Source of the DNA: Marsupella aquatica | Lineage: Eukaryota > Plantae > Marchantiophyta | NCBI GenBank assembly: GCA_973895155.1 | Contig: OZ316896.1 | Span: 19,456,754 to 19,520,753, forward strand | Length of the DNA: 64,000 bases | Direction: 5' to 3' | In this document: positions 40,201 through 53,606 of the stretch, one piece after another | Position numbering within the stretch: the stretch's first letter is position 1 | Layout: every line of letters begins with the position of its first letter | Notes under the pieces: model-generated | Told to the model about the DNA's origin: nothing | The model's input: the letters and a program-made list of their open reading frames with translations, nothing else | The model's database searches: none | Position numbers and translations under genes: made by a program

Positions 40201-42387
40201 AAAGCTGAAATGAGCTTTTTGTCCCAGTTCAGGAAAATCCTGGTCTCCAGCTCTCACTGGCAAACCTTCTCCAGGTCAGGAAAGATGAGGTGTTGTCTTA
40301 AGATCTATTATTAAAATGGCATCTGGGATACTGATTGAAGCTTGTGAAAATCTATTTTATTTGGGCCAACCGACGGGCCAACCCACTCAATCTGGATACA
40401 AGGTCAAGACTGAGTAAGTAAATGCTACCTTCTGTTATTGAATACCGTGAGGTACTTATTAGGAGTAGCGGGACTCAGGTCCCATGCATGGAATCAACTG
40501 AATGCCCTGCCATGGCGTCCACATGGACAACCGGAACCATTCCTCTCGTGCGAGCACAAGGTCTGCAAGGTTCGTCCCAATCATCCTACTATGTTTATGT
40601 CCCATATCTGTAGCTACACCAGGAGGTTTCCCAGTGACTGGTCATGAGGGACGGAAAGTTGACAGCAGGATTCCAGTACATTTAGTTGTAGAAGATGAAC
40701 ATTCATGAGGGATCTAACTCACTGGGAATCCCTCACTGCCAGTTATACAGTAATACAATATACAGTGGTCTGCAAGATAGTAGAAAGAGAGAAGGGTGCA
40801 GCAGGACTGCAAATAGGTGCAACTATATAACCAACTGTACTAATGCAAGTCACTTGTTCTTGACAACTTGTCGTGGCTTGCTGAGTATAACCATCGCGTG
40901 GGAACCAATGGAAGGTGGATTAGATGTACCGCTTTCAGCAAGAAGGGCCGAACCTGAACGAGAACTGGAAGAGGAATGTCCTATCCGGTAGTTATGCAGT
41001 GAGTGATCGAGAATCAGGATTCATGTCGGCCATGGCTAACATGCCCAGCCATGGCTAACACGACTAACATGACTAACATGCCCAGCCATGGCTACTGTAA
41101 ATCGTCAATCAGTAACTTCGGCCATAAGTCAGTGGGGCTCACACTGAAAAGCAACCAATTATTCTTCTACAAATCCCGTAGTGACCACGTCTACATTCTT
41201 CTATGCCACAAACTATAAGGCAAGTTCGCCCACAAGCGAGAAGTCGACTATGAAAAAACCAATCATTCCTACTTTGTAAACTCAAGTTCCGACTGCCAGT
41301 TCTATAAACGGAATTTCCTGAAAGGCTGCCAATTGATCGAAAGCGTCACATCCCCGATTAACGTCATCATGCCCCCACTGTTCTGCCCTGCTGGCTTCAG
41401 TCTGCTTGTACTCGTACTCGTCGCATAGATTGAGGCAACTAGAGATGCACCGGATTTTGAAGGGCAGCTGCCCTCGCAGCTACAGTACTCATCGTGAGAA
41501 AGTTGCCCCAGTGAAACAACTGTTTGCTTTGCAAGAATTGATGTGCATTATGAGAGTTTGAATAAGGCATCATGTACGTTTATCGACTTGGAGATATTTC
41601 TCTGGATAGTGCTACTGGTGCCCGCTGGTCGCTGTGTCGCACGACTGCCATGAGTACTACATCACTTTATCGACTAATTGAGTGAATGAAGTCTCAATGT
41701 AGTACTCGTCCACCGGAGTGTTGTCGAGTGTACTTAATTTCGAGGAGAATTTCGTGTCAATTTAGGAGCTTCTCGAGTGATTTTGATTAGTTTTGCGTTA
41801 AGGGTCTAGTGCACTTAGCCTTGAAACTAGATTAGCCTTGAAACTAGATTGGGACAGTGAAAATTTCGAGAACAAAATTCAGGCGCATGCGGGCCATGTC
41901 TCACCTCTTGAAAAAGAGTTTTGCGCAGTGACCTGTCAACAAGATCGAACTACGGGATCAGCTTGGCTGGCTCACAATTATGTTGGTGCCATGCCCAGAC
42001 TGTCACATGATAATGAGGCTCAATCAGGGACTCACTTTTGAGTACTTACTTCGTGGAAAGTCAATCATTTGGCGCTGGGATTGATCGAACTCATTGAAGA
42101 GTATCGTCGGTGGTAGATCCAGTTTCATCACTCCCATGATTCTAGTGGTCCACCACTAGCAGGATTATTGACTAGTGCCGATAACTGTGCAAAGTATTGC
42201 TCCGATCAGCGGGCCCACTGAACAACCCGGGAGAAGCATGGTCCCAATGCCCATGTGCACACGCAATGTCTGATTCGGTTCAAATGGAATTCATTGCTTT
42301 AGTCCTTCATGATATCCGGATCATGGGCAGCCTGGACTTAATGTCGATATACCTGAGTGTATCTCGGAGTGTATCTCGGCCTAGTAC

Positions 42388-42968
42388 ACCTGACCGAGTG
42401 GGTTTCTTTCTCACGCTGACTGACCGTCTGTCAGTTTTCCTCCAGAATATTTTTGGTACACTCTTCCTCTCTACTCCATTTTCAATTTTCAATTTCCTTC
42501 CTTTAACTTTGTAGCCTCTCGATCTACTTTTCCACCAGATCTTAACTGAATTCAGACGTTACGTCTGTGAAGCAGGGAGCATACGTTGAAGACCTGAGCG
42601 AGTGGGTTTCTTCTCACGCTGACTGGTCTGTCAATTTTCCTCCAGAATTTTTGTGGTACTAACTTCAGTTCTATCCCATTTCCAGTTTCCAAATCCTTCC
42701 TCCAGAATCTGCTTTTCGGTCTGCTTTTCCATCATAACTTAGCTAAATTCAGACGTTACATCTGTAAAGCGGGGAGCATAATTCAAGATCATCTGTCGTT
42801 TCCTCCAGAATCTTTATGGCACTCTCTTCAGTTCTACCCCATTTCCAGTTTTCTTATTCCTTCCTGCAACCTTTTAACCTTTCGGTCTGCTTTTCCATCG
42901 ATCATAACTGAACTGAATTCAGACGTTATATTTGTAAAGCAGGGAGCAAAGTGCAAGACCATCTGTCG
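42388..42968. repeat. Imperfect tandem repeat, ~180-200 bp x 3
   Basis: Repeated blocks of TTTCCTCCAGAAT, CTTTTCCA, AATTCAGACGTTA..T.TGT.AAGC.GGGAGCA. Confidence 0.85.
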
Positions 42969-45865
42969 AGTACTACAAAACTAGGGTGTTTCTCTCAATT
43001 CAACGGCAGCAGCCAGGCTGCAAAGTTTCGTTGAAATGTCGTGCCTGCCACGCTCTGCAGTCGCAACCATTGCTGGTGCTCTAGCGATTAGGGTCTGGCT
43101 GTCACCACCAAACTGTACTTGCTTTATTTCACCAGACTAGCTACGTGAAAAGTGGGACCCACACAGCAATGTCATCGTGATCTCCAAGATTTTCCAAACG
43201 AGCCCAGCGTTTTTTCCCCCTACTTCTTTTCCTCTCATTCAAGAAAAGGTTATGATAATTTCTATCATGCTTTTTTAGTCGATCTTCTTTCCAGTGCGCA
43301 CGAACTTCACCATCGACAATTTTTGAAGAGGTGAATCAAGTCGACGTGAAAAATACTTCCTGTGCACTGGAAACGAGATTAACTGAAAAGTATTATTCTT
43401 CTATAGACGAGGTTAAGCTGTTCAGTTCCATCAAACTTAACAAATGGTTTTTCTCGTTTTTAGTGCGCAATTGCTGTAAGTTCTTGTTCACTGGTTCCTT
43501 GAAGAACGTCCACTCAGATGTTCCCTCTCACCGAACCCAAAGCAGGGCTGGCTTAAGGCGGTTATTTCTACCATCGAGCTTTGGGATTTAAAAGCAGTTC
43601 CCAGACAGTTTATAGCACCTGGAAATCGCAAAAAGCAAGGAAAGGCACCGGAACCAAAGTCATTGCTCGCGGCTGATGATTGATTTGAGAGTCTTTTAAC
43701 GAGCATTACTATATCTGCTGCAGTTTTTGGGGAATTGTGGGTTTGAACTGGTTTGATTAGTTGAGAAGATCATGCCTCACAACCCGCAACGGGCACGAAA
43801 TCATATGAATCGTTTGTCGTGTTGGCGCCATATACAACTAATTACACAACCTCTTTGTAGCCCTGCTACCCCCCAGTTCAATCTACATGTCTTTTGCCAA
43901 GATGCTTATCCGTGGTCACTGGTAAAGGCTCTAAAACATTATGTCTTGGACGCCTGACAGAGTGCTGACACGACCAATTATTTGAACACCCGTGTTGGCT
44001 AGGAAGGCCAGAGGAACTACCCAGCTCAAGCCTCAAGGCAGAAAAATAAAACTGGGTTCAGTTTTATGGAAAGGGCGAGATGAAAATGGGGCAGGCCGAT
44101 CCCTCTGTTATTGTATCATCAGCAGGTGATCTTCGACATCTCTATTTTGAGGTGGCTTGATGAAACGGACCAGAAAATGTCTGTAAAAGCTGCTGAATTT
44201 CGATTGCATTGAGATAAGAATGTTCGTGTGGCAATGGACGCAATTCTTAGCACGAACAGTGCAGCCGTTCTATATTTGATGGATTTCCCTTCACAAAAGC
44301 GTAAGGCAACAAAGATCTGGACCCTGAAGTCCAGATTTCGACTGCAATCCGACGGGGTTCGGACCTCTGTTAGCTGCAAGCTAAGAACAGATCAGCCATA
44401 GTTCAAGGTGAAAATTCTATCTAACGTGCAACATTCTTGTTTCTTCTTACTCCTGCTTGACTGCTTGCCCCCTAACCTTGAAAATTGGTGAGTCGCATTC
44501 AGACTACGGAGATTTTTGGACCCCAATTCTCAGTTGGAAAATTTTCCCATCGATCAATATTGTCATCTCGTGAGTACCCTGCTTTCTCATCTGCAAGGTT
44601 GAACAAACAAAATGTTGGGCTATCTTGATTTCACCGAAAGGCACTCACGTACTAAATGAAGAGAAACTAGATGGATTCGCCACCCGATTCGCCATGTGGT
44701 AGTGCTCTCTATCCCTAGCCCTTCAATGAAGCTTCTCTGGTGACTCGACTCATGATTCATACTGCTGTGAGTATGCCCATGACTCATATACATGATGAGA
44801 AAAAGTTACACTCCTAGAAACGGATAACAATATATGGGATTTTAGATGACTCTCATTGTTCCCATCGCTGCTAGAGTAAAGTGCCATGTTGGTTTACTTC
44901 AATAGAAGGGCATTGATTTCATAGCGAAGCAGTGTTTCCGTTCGTTGGTCTTGATACTGAGCCCTTACCTGGAGCTCCACCCCACTTGTTTGTGAAGCCA
45001 CTCGGTCTCTAATGGATGATTTCATGATATTCTGAGGCGGAGTTTCATGATTTGCGTGACAACTTGTACTCCTGGCGCCATCGCAATTCTCTCTCCCTAA
45101 ACAGAAGCCTCTGGTCAATGCATCCAGGTGCAAACCCAGGACAAACCGGAGAATCGACTTTAGTACCTCATCAAGCGTGTTTGACCTTCCTCTTTGTAAT
45201 GATTTTCCAAATGGGAAATGAAGAGCAACAACAGAAGAAGCTGTGCTAGCCTAGAGACCAAGAGTTAAAGTCTGTCTGCATATTCCTTCGGGTTCAAGTT
45301 CATCAAATACAGGGCATGCACTGGAGTTATAAAAATTGCTCTCATTATGTGCATTTCTTGTAATGAACGGAACGGACTGTGCAGCTCATTGCACTCAACG
45401 CCCCTTTCGCAAATGTGTCCCCACATTCTTCCGAAATCCAAGAGCTAATTAATACGCACCTGCCCTTAGAAGCTTGATGCAGGTAACCAGCGGTCCATAT
45501 TCTCGAAGTCAAGTTCGTGTCTCTTTGTACAATCACCCAACATTGGACTCAACTGCCGCATGGTACTTTCCTTCCACTGCTGTAACAGCTACGGTAAACC
45601 TAGGTTTATTTGGAATTCAGAGAATGAAGTTTCTAGTTCTCTTGTATTTTCTTGCTGTGGCCAGGGATGCAGGTGAATTTGTTAGGTTATCAGGTTTTGA
45701 TTGAGGTATGAGTAGCCTCTGGTCAGGAAGTCCGCACTGCCAGTAAGCTAGACGTTGTACAAGGAATTGAAACGGGTACTGAATGGAGAATTTCTGGTGG
45801 CCCGGGTCCTTCTACAACTACTAGTGCAGCAATCTTGGATAGAATTCCTGCTTCTTGGACTTGGC

Positions 45866-46266
45866 ATGACACTTGTTGTGAACTGTGATGCATGTCCTTA
45901 TTTGAGCTTTTGGAACCAAACTGAAAAAAATTGAGTTTGAACCTTTGCCTGTGAGTCACAATGCTCACACAAATTTCCACACTTTTTCCAAAATTGGTTT
46001 GGAGCAGAGAATTTAGTTTGGGAAGTGCATGAAGTACAGATTTCTGTGAGCAGAAATGAGTAAAGGTAGATGACACTTGTTGTGAACTGTGATGTATGTC
46101 CTTATTTGAGCTTTTGGAACTGAAAAAAACAAAAATTTGAACCTTGTCTGTGAGTCACAATGCTCACACAGATTTCCACACTTTTTCCAAGATTGGGTTG
46201 GAGTAGAGAATTCAGTTTAGGGAGTGCATGAAGTACAGATTTCTGTGAGCAGAAATGAATAAAGGT
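45866..46266. repeat. Tandem duplication, ~204 bp x 2
   Basis: ATGACACTTGTTGTGAACTGTGATG.ATGTCCTTATTTGAGCTTTTGGAAC occurs at ~45866 and 46070. Both copies end AGTGCATGAAGTACAGATTTCTGTGAGCAGAAATGA.TAAAGGT. Confidence 0.9.
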
Positions 46267-49206
46267 CGATCACACCATACTTCTGCGAATATGAACAATG
46301 AAACTGAGAACTCTCCAAAGAAACAATTCCTCTTGTTGGTTTGTAGACAAATGGACATCCAGTTTTATTTTCACTTGGGCGACATTGATCGACCGTGAAG
46401 CACAATGCTGCCGAAACATTGATCACAATAAAAGTTTTTCTAGATATTAATGAAAGCATTTGGTCTGTGTGAATCAACTAACCACAGTACCAGTTTTTAT
46501 CACTTGACCATGTTTAGAGGCTAACCATGGGTGAGGAGATTGGCATCAGGAATTACATACAAGTTAACTCTTTGACAATGCTGATCTAGTACCGTTTCCT
46601 ATCCTCACAAAATTGCAGCCCTTAGTGATTTTTCCCATTGTCTATTTGAAATCTTGGAGAAGAATGCCCAGTCAAGATTAGGATCACCACTTAGGAAGAT
46701 TCTCCTCTACTCTCACTAAATAAACATATAGAACTCTTGGATTTTTAAGTGTGCTAAAGTCCAGTTTCAAGAGCATTACAGGCAATAGCCCCGCAAAACT
46801 CAATCCAAACACATAGGTAGTATAAATATACAAACAGAGCCCCACCTAATTTTATCTGTGGCTCATACTTCACATTGTAAGTCTACTCCTTTCAAAGGGA
46901 TCAAAGTCACTAATTTGGTACCTTTGCACTTTACATTACAATCTGATTCTCTAACAACGAGATTACCAACCAATGATTACAAGTCACATTCGAGGTCACT
47001 TTACAAGTTGACGCATTTCAACTGGATCTAAACTAGTTTCATATATTCACTCTTCTGAAAATTACAAGTTGAGTCTTAACAAGTGGAACTCTAATATGTC
47101 ACCAATGTTACAAGTCTGACTCTTTTAGCAAGGAATCTAGACTCACTTTCATACCTTTACACTTTTTATCACAAGGTGAGTCTTTTCAGCATGGATGCTG
47201 TGTCTTTCTTATCAGAAGGCGAGTCCTGATTACTGTGTTTTGCATATCAAACGAAGATTATTTCCGAACAATTTTATCACATTCAAACAAGTCTATTATA
47301 TCACTTGCTTGCTGTTATGTCTGGGGTTATGTCCAAGCATTTTGCCCAAGCATGCAAAAGCCCCATGTACTAGCTTCCATGATTACACCGCGTTCTTAAT
47401 AATTACTATGAATAGTATTGATGGTAAAAGTCATTCTACTTAGATAGGGATCTACAACTAGTTTTATATATACCTTTACACTTCCCATAATAATTAGGTG
47501 AATCAGTCTATACTAAAAGTCAGGATCAAAGTCTACCAGTCATGACCTACCCCACACTAGAATAAAGCAATAAGCAGTAATGTGAATGGAAACAGAAAAT
47601 TTTCATGAAATTTAGACTAAGCTTTGTGAGTTGGGTTGGGTATGGGCAATCCGGGTATGGGGAGTCCTTCATATACATTAATCTGTAAGTGTATTTGGGC
47701 TACTTTATATACAGTCAACAGCTAATTTGTTCTTCTTCCGACTCCCAGGGTCAGTTCTGCAAAGATAATTCTGTCACTTTCTTTGTCTCTATTATATGAC
47801 AAATGTATAAGTGCAATCCCTCTATAAGGGTGTTGATGTTTTTTAAAGCGAATGAGATAAAAATAGGTAGATGTGTATAATTATACATTTATATATGAAA
47901 TTTATTTTTATTCACAAAATTAGGCCATAATTGAAAGTTGAAATAAGAGCATGTAAATTAGGCTACCATCGCCCTTTAACAGAACCCCATGACACTGTCC
48001 TTGAATAGTGGGCCATGGGACTCTATTCAAATAGTGTGTCCTTGAATAGTGGGCCATGGGACTCTATTCAAATAGTGTGCCCTGGGGTCATAGGGTTATA
48101 TTCAAATTTTGACCATCTGTTTTTATTAGTTTGTTGGAGATTGGGCTTTGTGTTCAGAATTAATGTCATTTGGATTGAGCTGATTCAAACTGAATGGTGT
48201 AGAAGTGAATTGCATTAAGTACAATTGATCAACTGTCCAACTAGAACAGCGGATTGCCTGCGTCAGAGCTCCTGTGAGCTCGGCTGACTTTTACACATTG
48301 CCAATACTATATGGCAATATGTATCCTGAATAGTCCTTGCCTATTCAATGGCACAATAAATATAATGTGCATGCATTATTCAGTGGCTTCCATCCAATTC
48401 CCTCCAATTGTGTTGCACATACCAATTTTTTTTATGACAAACTAAAGGTATTTTAAATGTCAAAATTAGGAAGTTAGATTATAATAACCCAAAGGGGTTT
48501 ATATAGGGAGATATGTTCTAGAACTAACAAGATAAATTTTAATGTTCCAAAAAATAATAGTAAGGGGTACTGTCTAGGTGGGCTTTAATTGGTCACAGGT
48601 GTATTTTCAATACATTACCCTTATGGAGGGCCCGGGGACCAGAACAAAACGCACAGACTTTGAGTTAAAAAAGGGCATTGTGTTTGAGTTCATATGTTTT
48701 AGTCATGTGCAGGACCCAGATTTTTCAATTTTTGAACATGAAGCTGTGTTTGGGGGAAGACGGTAGGATCAGATATGGTATCCCAAAAGATGGACTTAGT
48801 TAACTCCCCGAGACTAATAGAAGGTTGCTTGGATTGAACAAGTCCTTGCTGCACTTAATTTGAAAAGTGCAAATACTTAGCGCGATAATTAGGTGCAAAT
48901 CCCAAAGGAAAAGAAAGTAAAAATGATCCCCCTTGCAATAAGCAAGATCGACTTCACAATTATGGAGTGTGCACTTAGGCCAAAGTGACTCACATACCGT
49001 GCACTCTTTTCATTCTGACTACAGTTGCTGCCATTTGTTCCTTTGTTATTATGTCCATAAGTGACCAAATGCCCATGTGTTGTAAGCTATTGTGATGTTT
49101 GAGCAAAAGTATACTCAAACCCATTTTGGTGAGAGGGCCAGGCAATCAGAAACTCTCAGGAATCTCCCTGACAATTGAAGACAGGGTACTTAGTTTTTGG
49201 GGCAGA

Positions 49207-49847
49207 TCTACAACTATAATACACTATCCTGCCTATTTTCGTCCTTTGTCCCGTTACAAAATGTATTATGGACGGGAAACATTTCTGGCCATTAGATCAT
49301 GCCTAAATTTTATTTCAAGAGTGTGATCTCAAAAGAGAGTCTCTTTTATTGAACTAAGTGTTGCCCCTGGCTGTTGGCTGATGTGCCCTTGCCCTCCCAT
49401 ATCAATACCTTGGTACTCGTGAGTCCTAACATACATTGAAAGGACAAGAGAACCAAAAATACATGGAAGAATTAAAGGCCTATGGTACAACAGAGTAACT
49501 TTCTTGCCCTCTATGGTGAGGGTACACTCTGTACCTCCTAGCTCTCCAAGCTTGCCTTACAAGTACAACTTTTTTCATGACAAATATTATTAATGGGTCT
49601 TGACAATTTCTTACCCAAATTTCTCTTGGAATGCAATGAGTGCAGAATAAATAAAAACATATCTGAATTTAAAAACAAACAAATGATGTCTTTATATATT
49701 TTTCTCACTTCCATATCTTGTCCTCTTCTCCTCGATAATTTTGCTTCTCCTTGACATCATTGACTTTCCTCCACATCTTTAATCCTCTCCTCTCCACATC
49801 TTTGCCTCTACTCGACATCTTTGAGCAAAGCACGGGCATGGGGCTAG
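49207..49847 (+). mobile_element. Non-autonomous Helitron, ~640 bp
   Basis: 5' end A|TCTACAACTATAAT at 49206/49207. 3' end TTTGAGCAAAGCACGGGCATGGGGCTAG|T, read as a decayed CCCGTGC-AAA-GCACGGG hairpin a few nt before the CTAG terminus. Insertion is between A and T. Confidence 0.6.
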
Positions 49848-50591
49848 TTCATAATAATAATCAACTTGGGTGGTAGTTCGTGAAAGGCTCATGTAAAGAA
49901 TATGCAAGCTCTCAATTATTTAAGAAAGTGATGGGTTGCCTGGGCATGAAAAAGATGGACAATGGCATTTTCAGGTCCATCTAATGGTTAGAAGAAAATA
50001 TCACCATAATCCAAGGGTCAGGGAGTAGGAACCTACTAAGAAGATATTTTGTAAACATCATAATCCACCTTCCAGTGAGGGGCTTCTTCACACTCAGTAA
50101 CGAAACCATCAGAACGGAAAGTAATATTATATTTTTAGATTTAGCGATTTAGCCTCTTTACCATCGAACGCTGTAGAAACAACGATGCTTAGTGTCTCAA
50201 CACGTGAATGCGTTTCCTTCCTCGTGTCGCCACACCATCGCGTTGCGTTGCACGACCACGAGCCTCAAGCTTTCAATGCGGAGATTTGGTGCGTTCACTT
50301 TTCTATTCAGCCAATTTGGATCTGGATCGCAGTCTCACGTAAGTACTCCGATCATCACACTGCGAAAGCAGGGAAGCAGAACCTCCTCCTTGATCAACAA
50401 GTGTCTCGCAACGGATGTGTCGAAGCCCTGCTGGTCGGAGCATTTGGATGGACCGTTCTGAAAAATCTAGTCCTTCGCATGCATCCGCACATTGTGCCAT
50501 TGCAGAGAATGGACTTGGCTCACCACTAATCAGTTCAATGGTGAACGGAATTCTGGTGCTGAGCCCGGTCTTGCTTGACATCTGGCCTGCG

Positions 50592-50690
50592 ACGTGGCTT
50601 GAAGACTCAACGTGGCTCCGTAGCTGGGCACATGGCATCTCGCCCAATCTCGCCCAGTCTCGCCCAGTCTCGCCCATCACTATTAATTAG
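50592..50690 (+). promoter_or_regulatory. ELIP proximal promoter: two ABRE/G-box-like ACGTGGC motifs, a 10-bp CTCGCCCA(A/G)T repeat x4 and a TATA-like TATTAATTA
   Basis: ACGTGGC at 50592-50598 and 50610-50616; repeat at 50639-50678; TATTAATTA at ~50682. These lie ~150-250 bp upstream of the ATG at 50838. Confidence 0.6.
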
Positions 50691-50837
50691 CCCGTTTCTC
50701 ACAAAGCTTCACAACTCATTTCTTCAGACATTTCTATTGAAGACAGCAACTCTTTATACATACAAGCTCTCCGTCAAGCGGTTTGAGTATTGTAATTTGT
50801 AGACTGAGGACGTGAATTTTACTAGAGTTTTGACAGT

Positions 50838-51880
50838 ATGGCATCTTCAGTAATGATGAGCACCAATGTGGTTTTGCCGGCTGCTGCCAGTTTCTGCGGC
50901 AGCAACAAGGTCACCGGCAGCGGCAACCAGCAGCTTCGTGCTTTTGGCCTGCCTCAGCTCAGCGTTAGGCGTCAAGTGAACAGCTTCTCCGTGCGAGCTG
51001 CCCAGCAGCAGAAGGAAAATGTTCCTCTGGTGAGCATCGTGTCTTTACCTCCGTTTTACTGAGGCATGTGGATTAGTTTTCATTCAAGTGAATGGGTGAT
51101 GTTTTAAGCCGAGCGGCTTATGGTGTGAACAATTTATTCTCCATTTTGTGGGCCATTCGGGAAGTGGATTTGGACGAAATGATGGTACACACTAAATAAT
51201 GAAGTGCTGATTTAAAAAGAAGTCTCAGCTTGAAGTGATGTAATCGACAAATCTTTCCCAGAGAGGAGAGCGCATTTGAGTTGTAACTTGTTTTCTAGTG
51301 CCAGCTCGAACGATGTTCCTAAGACTTTCTGGTCCACATTTAGAATGCATTGTTGAGAAACTCACTGTCGTGAATGGTGTGCACACAGCCCGGAACGAAG
51401 GTCGATATCTCTGAGGGCGACGCGAAGAAAGACGAGGAGCCGCTGCGCGTGTTTGATAACACCCCGGCAGGCCAGTTCTTCCGCCCTGAAAGCGAACGTC
51501 GTCCCGAAATGGGAAACACCGATTTTCAGAGCGTGATGAGGTTCGACGGTCCAGCACCTGAGACAATTAACGGAAGGTTGGCGATGGTGGGCATGACCTG
51601 GGCATTCGCCGCAGAGGTTTTGTCTGGATTGAGTGTTTCTCAGCAAACTCTTGGCAGTACAGGGTTGATCTGGTTTTTGGGCGTGGTCCCCTTCTTCATC
51701 TGGGCCTCATTCGTACCTATCTTCGGTTGGAACGAGAGCCCCGACAGCCGCTCATTTGGCCCATTCAATGCCAAGGCCGAGCGATGGAACGGAAGAGCTG
51801 CCATGATCGGGTTTGTGGCGCTGCTCATCACCGAGAATTTGCTGATTAAGGGTCCACTGTTCGGATTCCTCCACCAGTGA
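50838..51880 (+). CDS. ELIP: Early light-induced protein (LHC-like family), chloroplast-targeted, 227 aa. Exons: 50838-51029 and 51389-51880
   Basis: Exon 1 encodes a Ser/Ala/Arg-rich transit peptide (MASSVMM...SVRA). The intron is GTGAGC...CACAG, phase 0. Exon 2 has both LHC motifs of ELIPs, FDGPAPETINGRLAMVG and AERWNGRAAMIG, and three hydrophobic helices. Confidence 0.93.
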
Positions 51881-52214
51881 ATCATTTTTACCGATACCAA
51901 CTGTATTGTATGATGGGCAGAATTTAGCACTGTCGCTTTGGATTAGATCGGAGTGTGAACATGGAGTAGAACTAATAGGTGAAGCAGGTGTTCCCATATG
52001 ACAATTTGGGTCATGCAGCTACATCTCCCCGAGGAAGAGAAACTGTCAACGGGATTCTGATTGTGTACATATTGCCCACACCGAAGATTGGCCTTTTGAG
52101 TTGTATCATATTTAAGGAGAATTTTTTCTGTCGAATAAAGGAGAGATGATCAATTCATCTCCTAAGATTGATTAAAAAACCTGGAACAATTTCTGTGTGT
52201 ATGCGCGCTGACAA

Positions 52215-52970
52215 AAACTGAATATCACTGAGTCAATATGTCCGTTGTGAAACGTTCATGTCCTCAACTGCATGTTTTACTCCCAAACCGACAACGTTCA
52301 TGTCCTCAACTGGATTTTACTCCCAAACCGACAACGTTCATGTCCTCAACTGGATGTTTTTACTCCCAAACCGAAGTGTTCATGATCTCATTCAGTAGTG
52401 GATTTATTCCATATCCACCCGTCGCTTGTAAGAAAATTCAAGAGAGAATTACTTTTCAAAGTTTTGCAATCAGGTAGGATCAGGCGTGATGTTGAGTAAA
52501 GGAACGAATCAATTCCTTGAACTATTTCTGTGTGTGAAATACTATGCATGTTGAGTAAAGGAAAGTATCAATTCCTTGTATGTGAAATACTATGCGGAAA
52601 ATTCTTGAACATCACTAAATCAATACGTTCGTTGTGAAACGTTCATGCGCGCCCAAACAGATGGTTTTACTCTTCAAACGTTCATGCGCGCCGAAACAGA
52701 TGGTTTTACTCTTCAAATCTGTAGCAAGAAGAACAAATCAAGAGCAAATTTCACGTTTTGAAGTCAGGCACGTGAAATATTATGCTTGTTGAGTAAAGGA
52801 ACGAATCAATACCTTGAAAAATTCCTGTGTGAAATACTATGCTGAAAAAGCTTGAACATCACTAAATCAATACGTTCGTTGTGAAACGTTCATGCGCCCA
52901 AACCGATGTTTTTACTCAAGTCTGTAGCAAGAAGAACAATTCAAGAGCAAATTTTACATTTCAGTCAGGC
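52215..52970. repeat. Nested tandem repeat array between the convergent ELIP and helicase genes
   Basis: A ~40-bp unit AACGTTCATG....GTTTTACTC is repeated at 52251-52375 and 52640-52715. It sits inside larger ~240-400 bp units that share GTTGAGTAAAGGAA..ATCAAT.CCTTG and ATCACT.A.TCAATA.GT.CGTTGTGAAACGTTCATG. Confidence 0.85.
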
Positions 52971-53606
52971 AGGTCTGAGCACTCTTCTCCATAGTTAACG
53001 TTTTCCACTAACACTTCCATCATTTCTACATTCAAACTCCATAGTATTACCGAGGATAAAATGCAGTAAGGCAGTTCTGAACGCGCATCTCCATAGTAAC
53101 GGTTTCTAGTAATGCGTCACCAAGATACTTTCACACTCCCATTGCATTAATCGAGGATCAAATAAATAACAAAATCTAGAACTCGTAGATAAATCATCTG
53201 AACATATGCATCGTATATTTTAAACTGTGACCGAGTTTATCAACTGGCGGGAAAGGATATGACTAAAGAAGGAGAAAGGCATCAAACTTAATTTGAAGTG
53301 ACAAAACTGGAATCGTTCATACTCCCTCTAAAATTTTATGCAACGTTGTTAAGTTCCGTGTTATGTGCGCACCAAATACACCCATAGCTAACAGCAACCA
53401 GAGCGAGTGTGAAATTTGGAGTAAATCAGGTAACGCTTGTCCCCCCGCACCATAATAAATTAACACTACGACGTGAAGAAAGGAAACATTACCTACATGC
53501 TCTACTAGCTACAACGCGAATGAGATTTGCTCAAGTACGACGCTTCGGTGTGTGATTTCCTTTCCATATTCTACGTCCGAGTATGATAGCACGACCGATT
53601 CCGAAT

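Noticed and set aside
52251-52375. CRISPR-like array (also considered for 28410-29075 and 63700-63905)
   Set aside because: The units are contiguous or have related spacers, there are no cas genes, and the context is eukaryotic.
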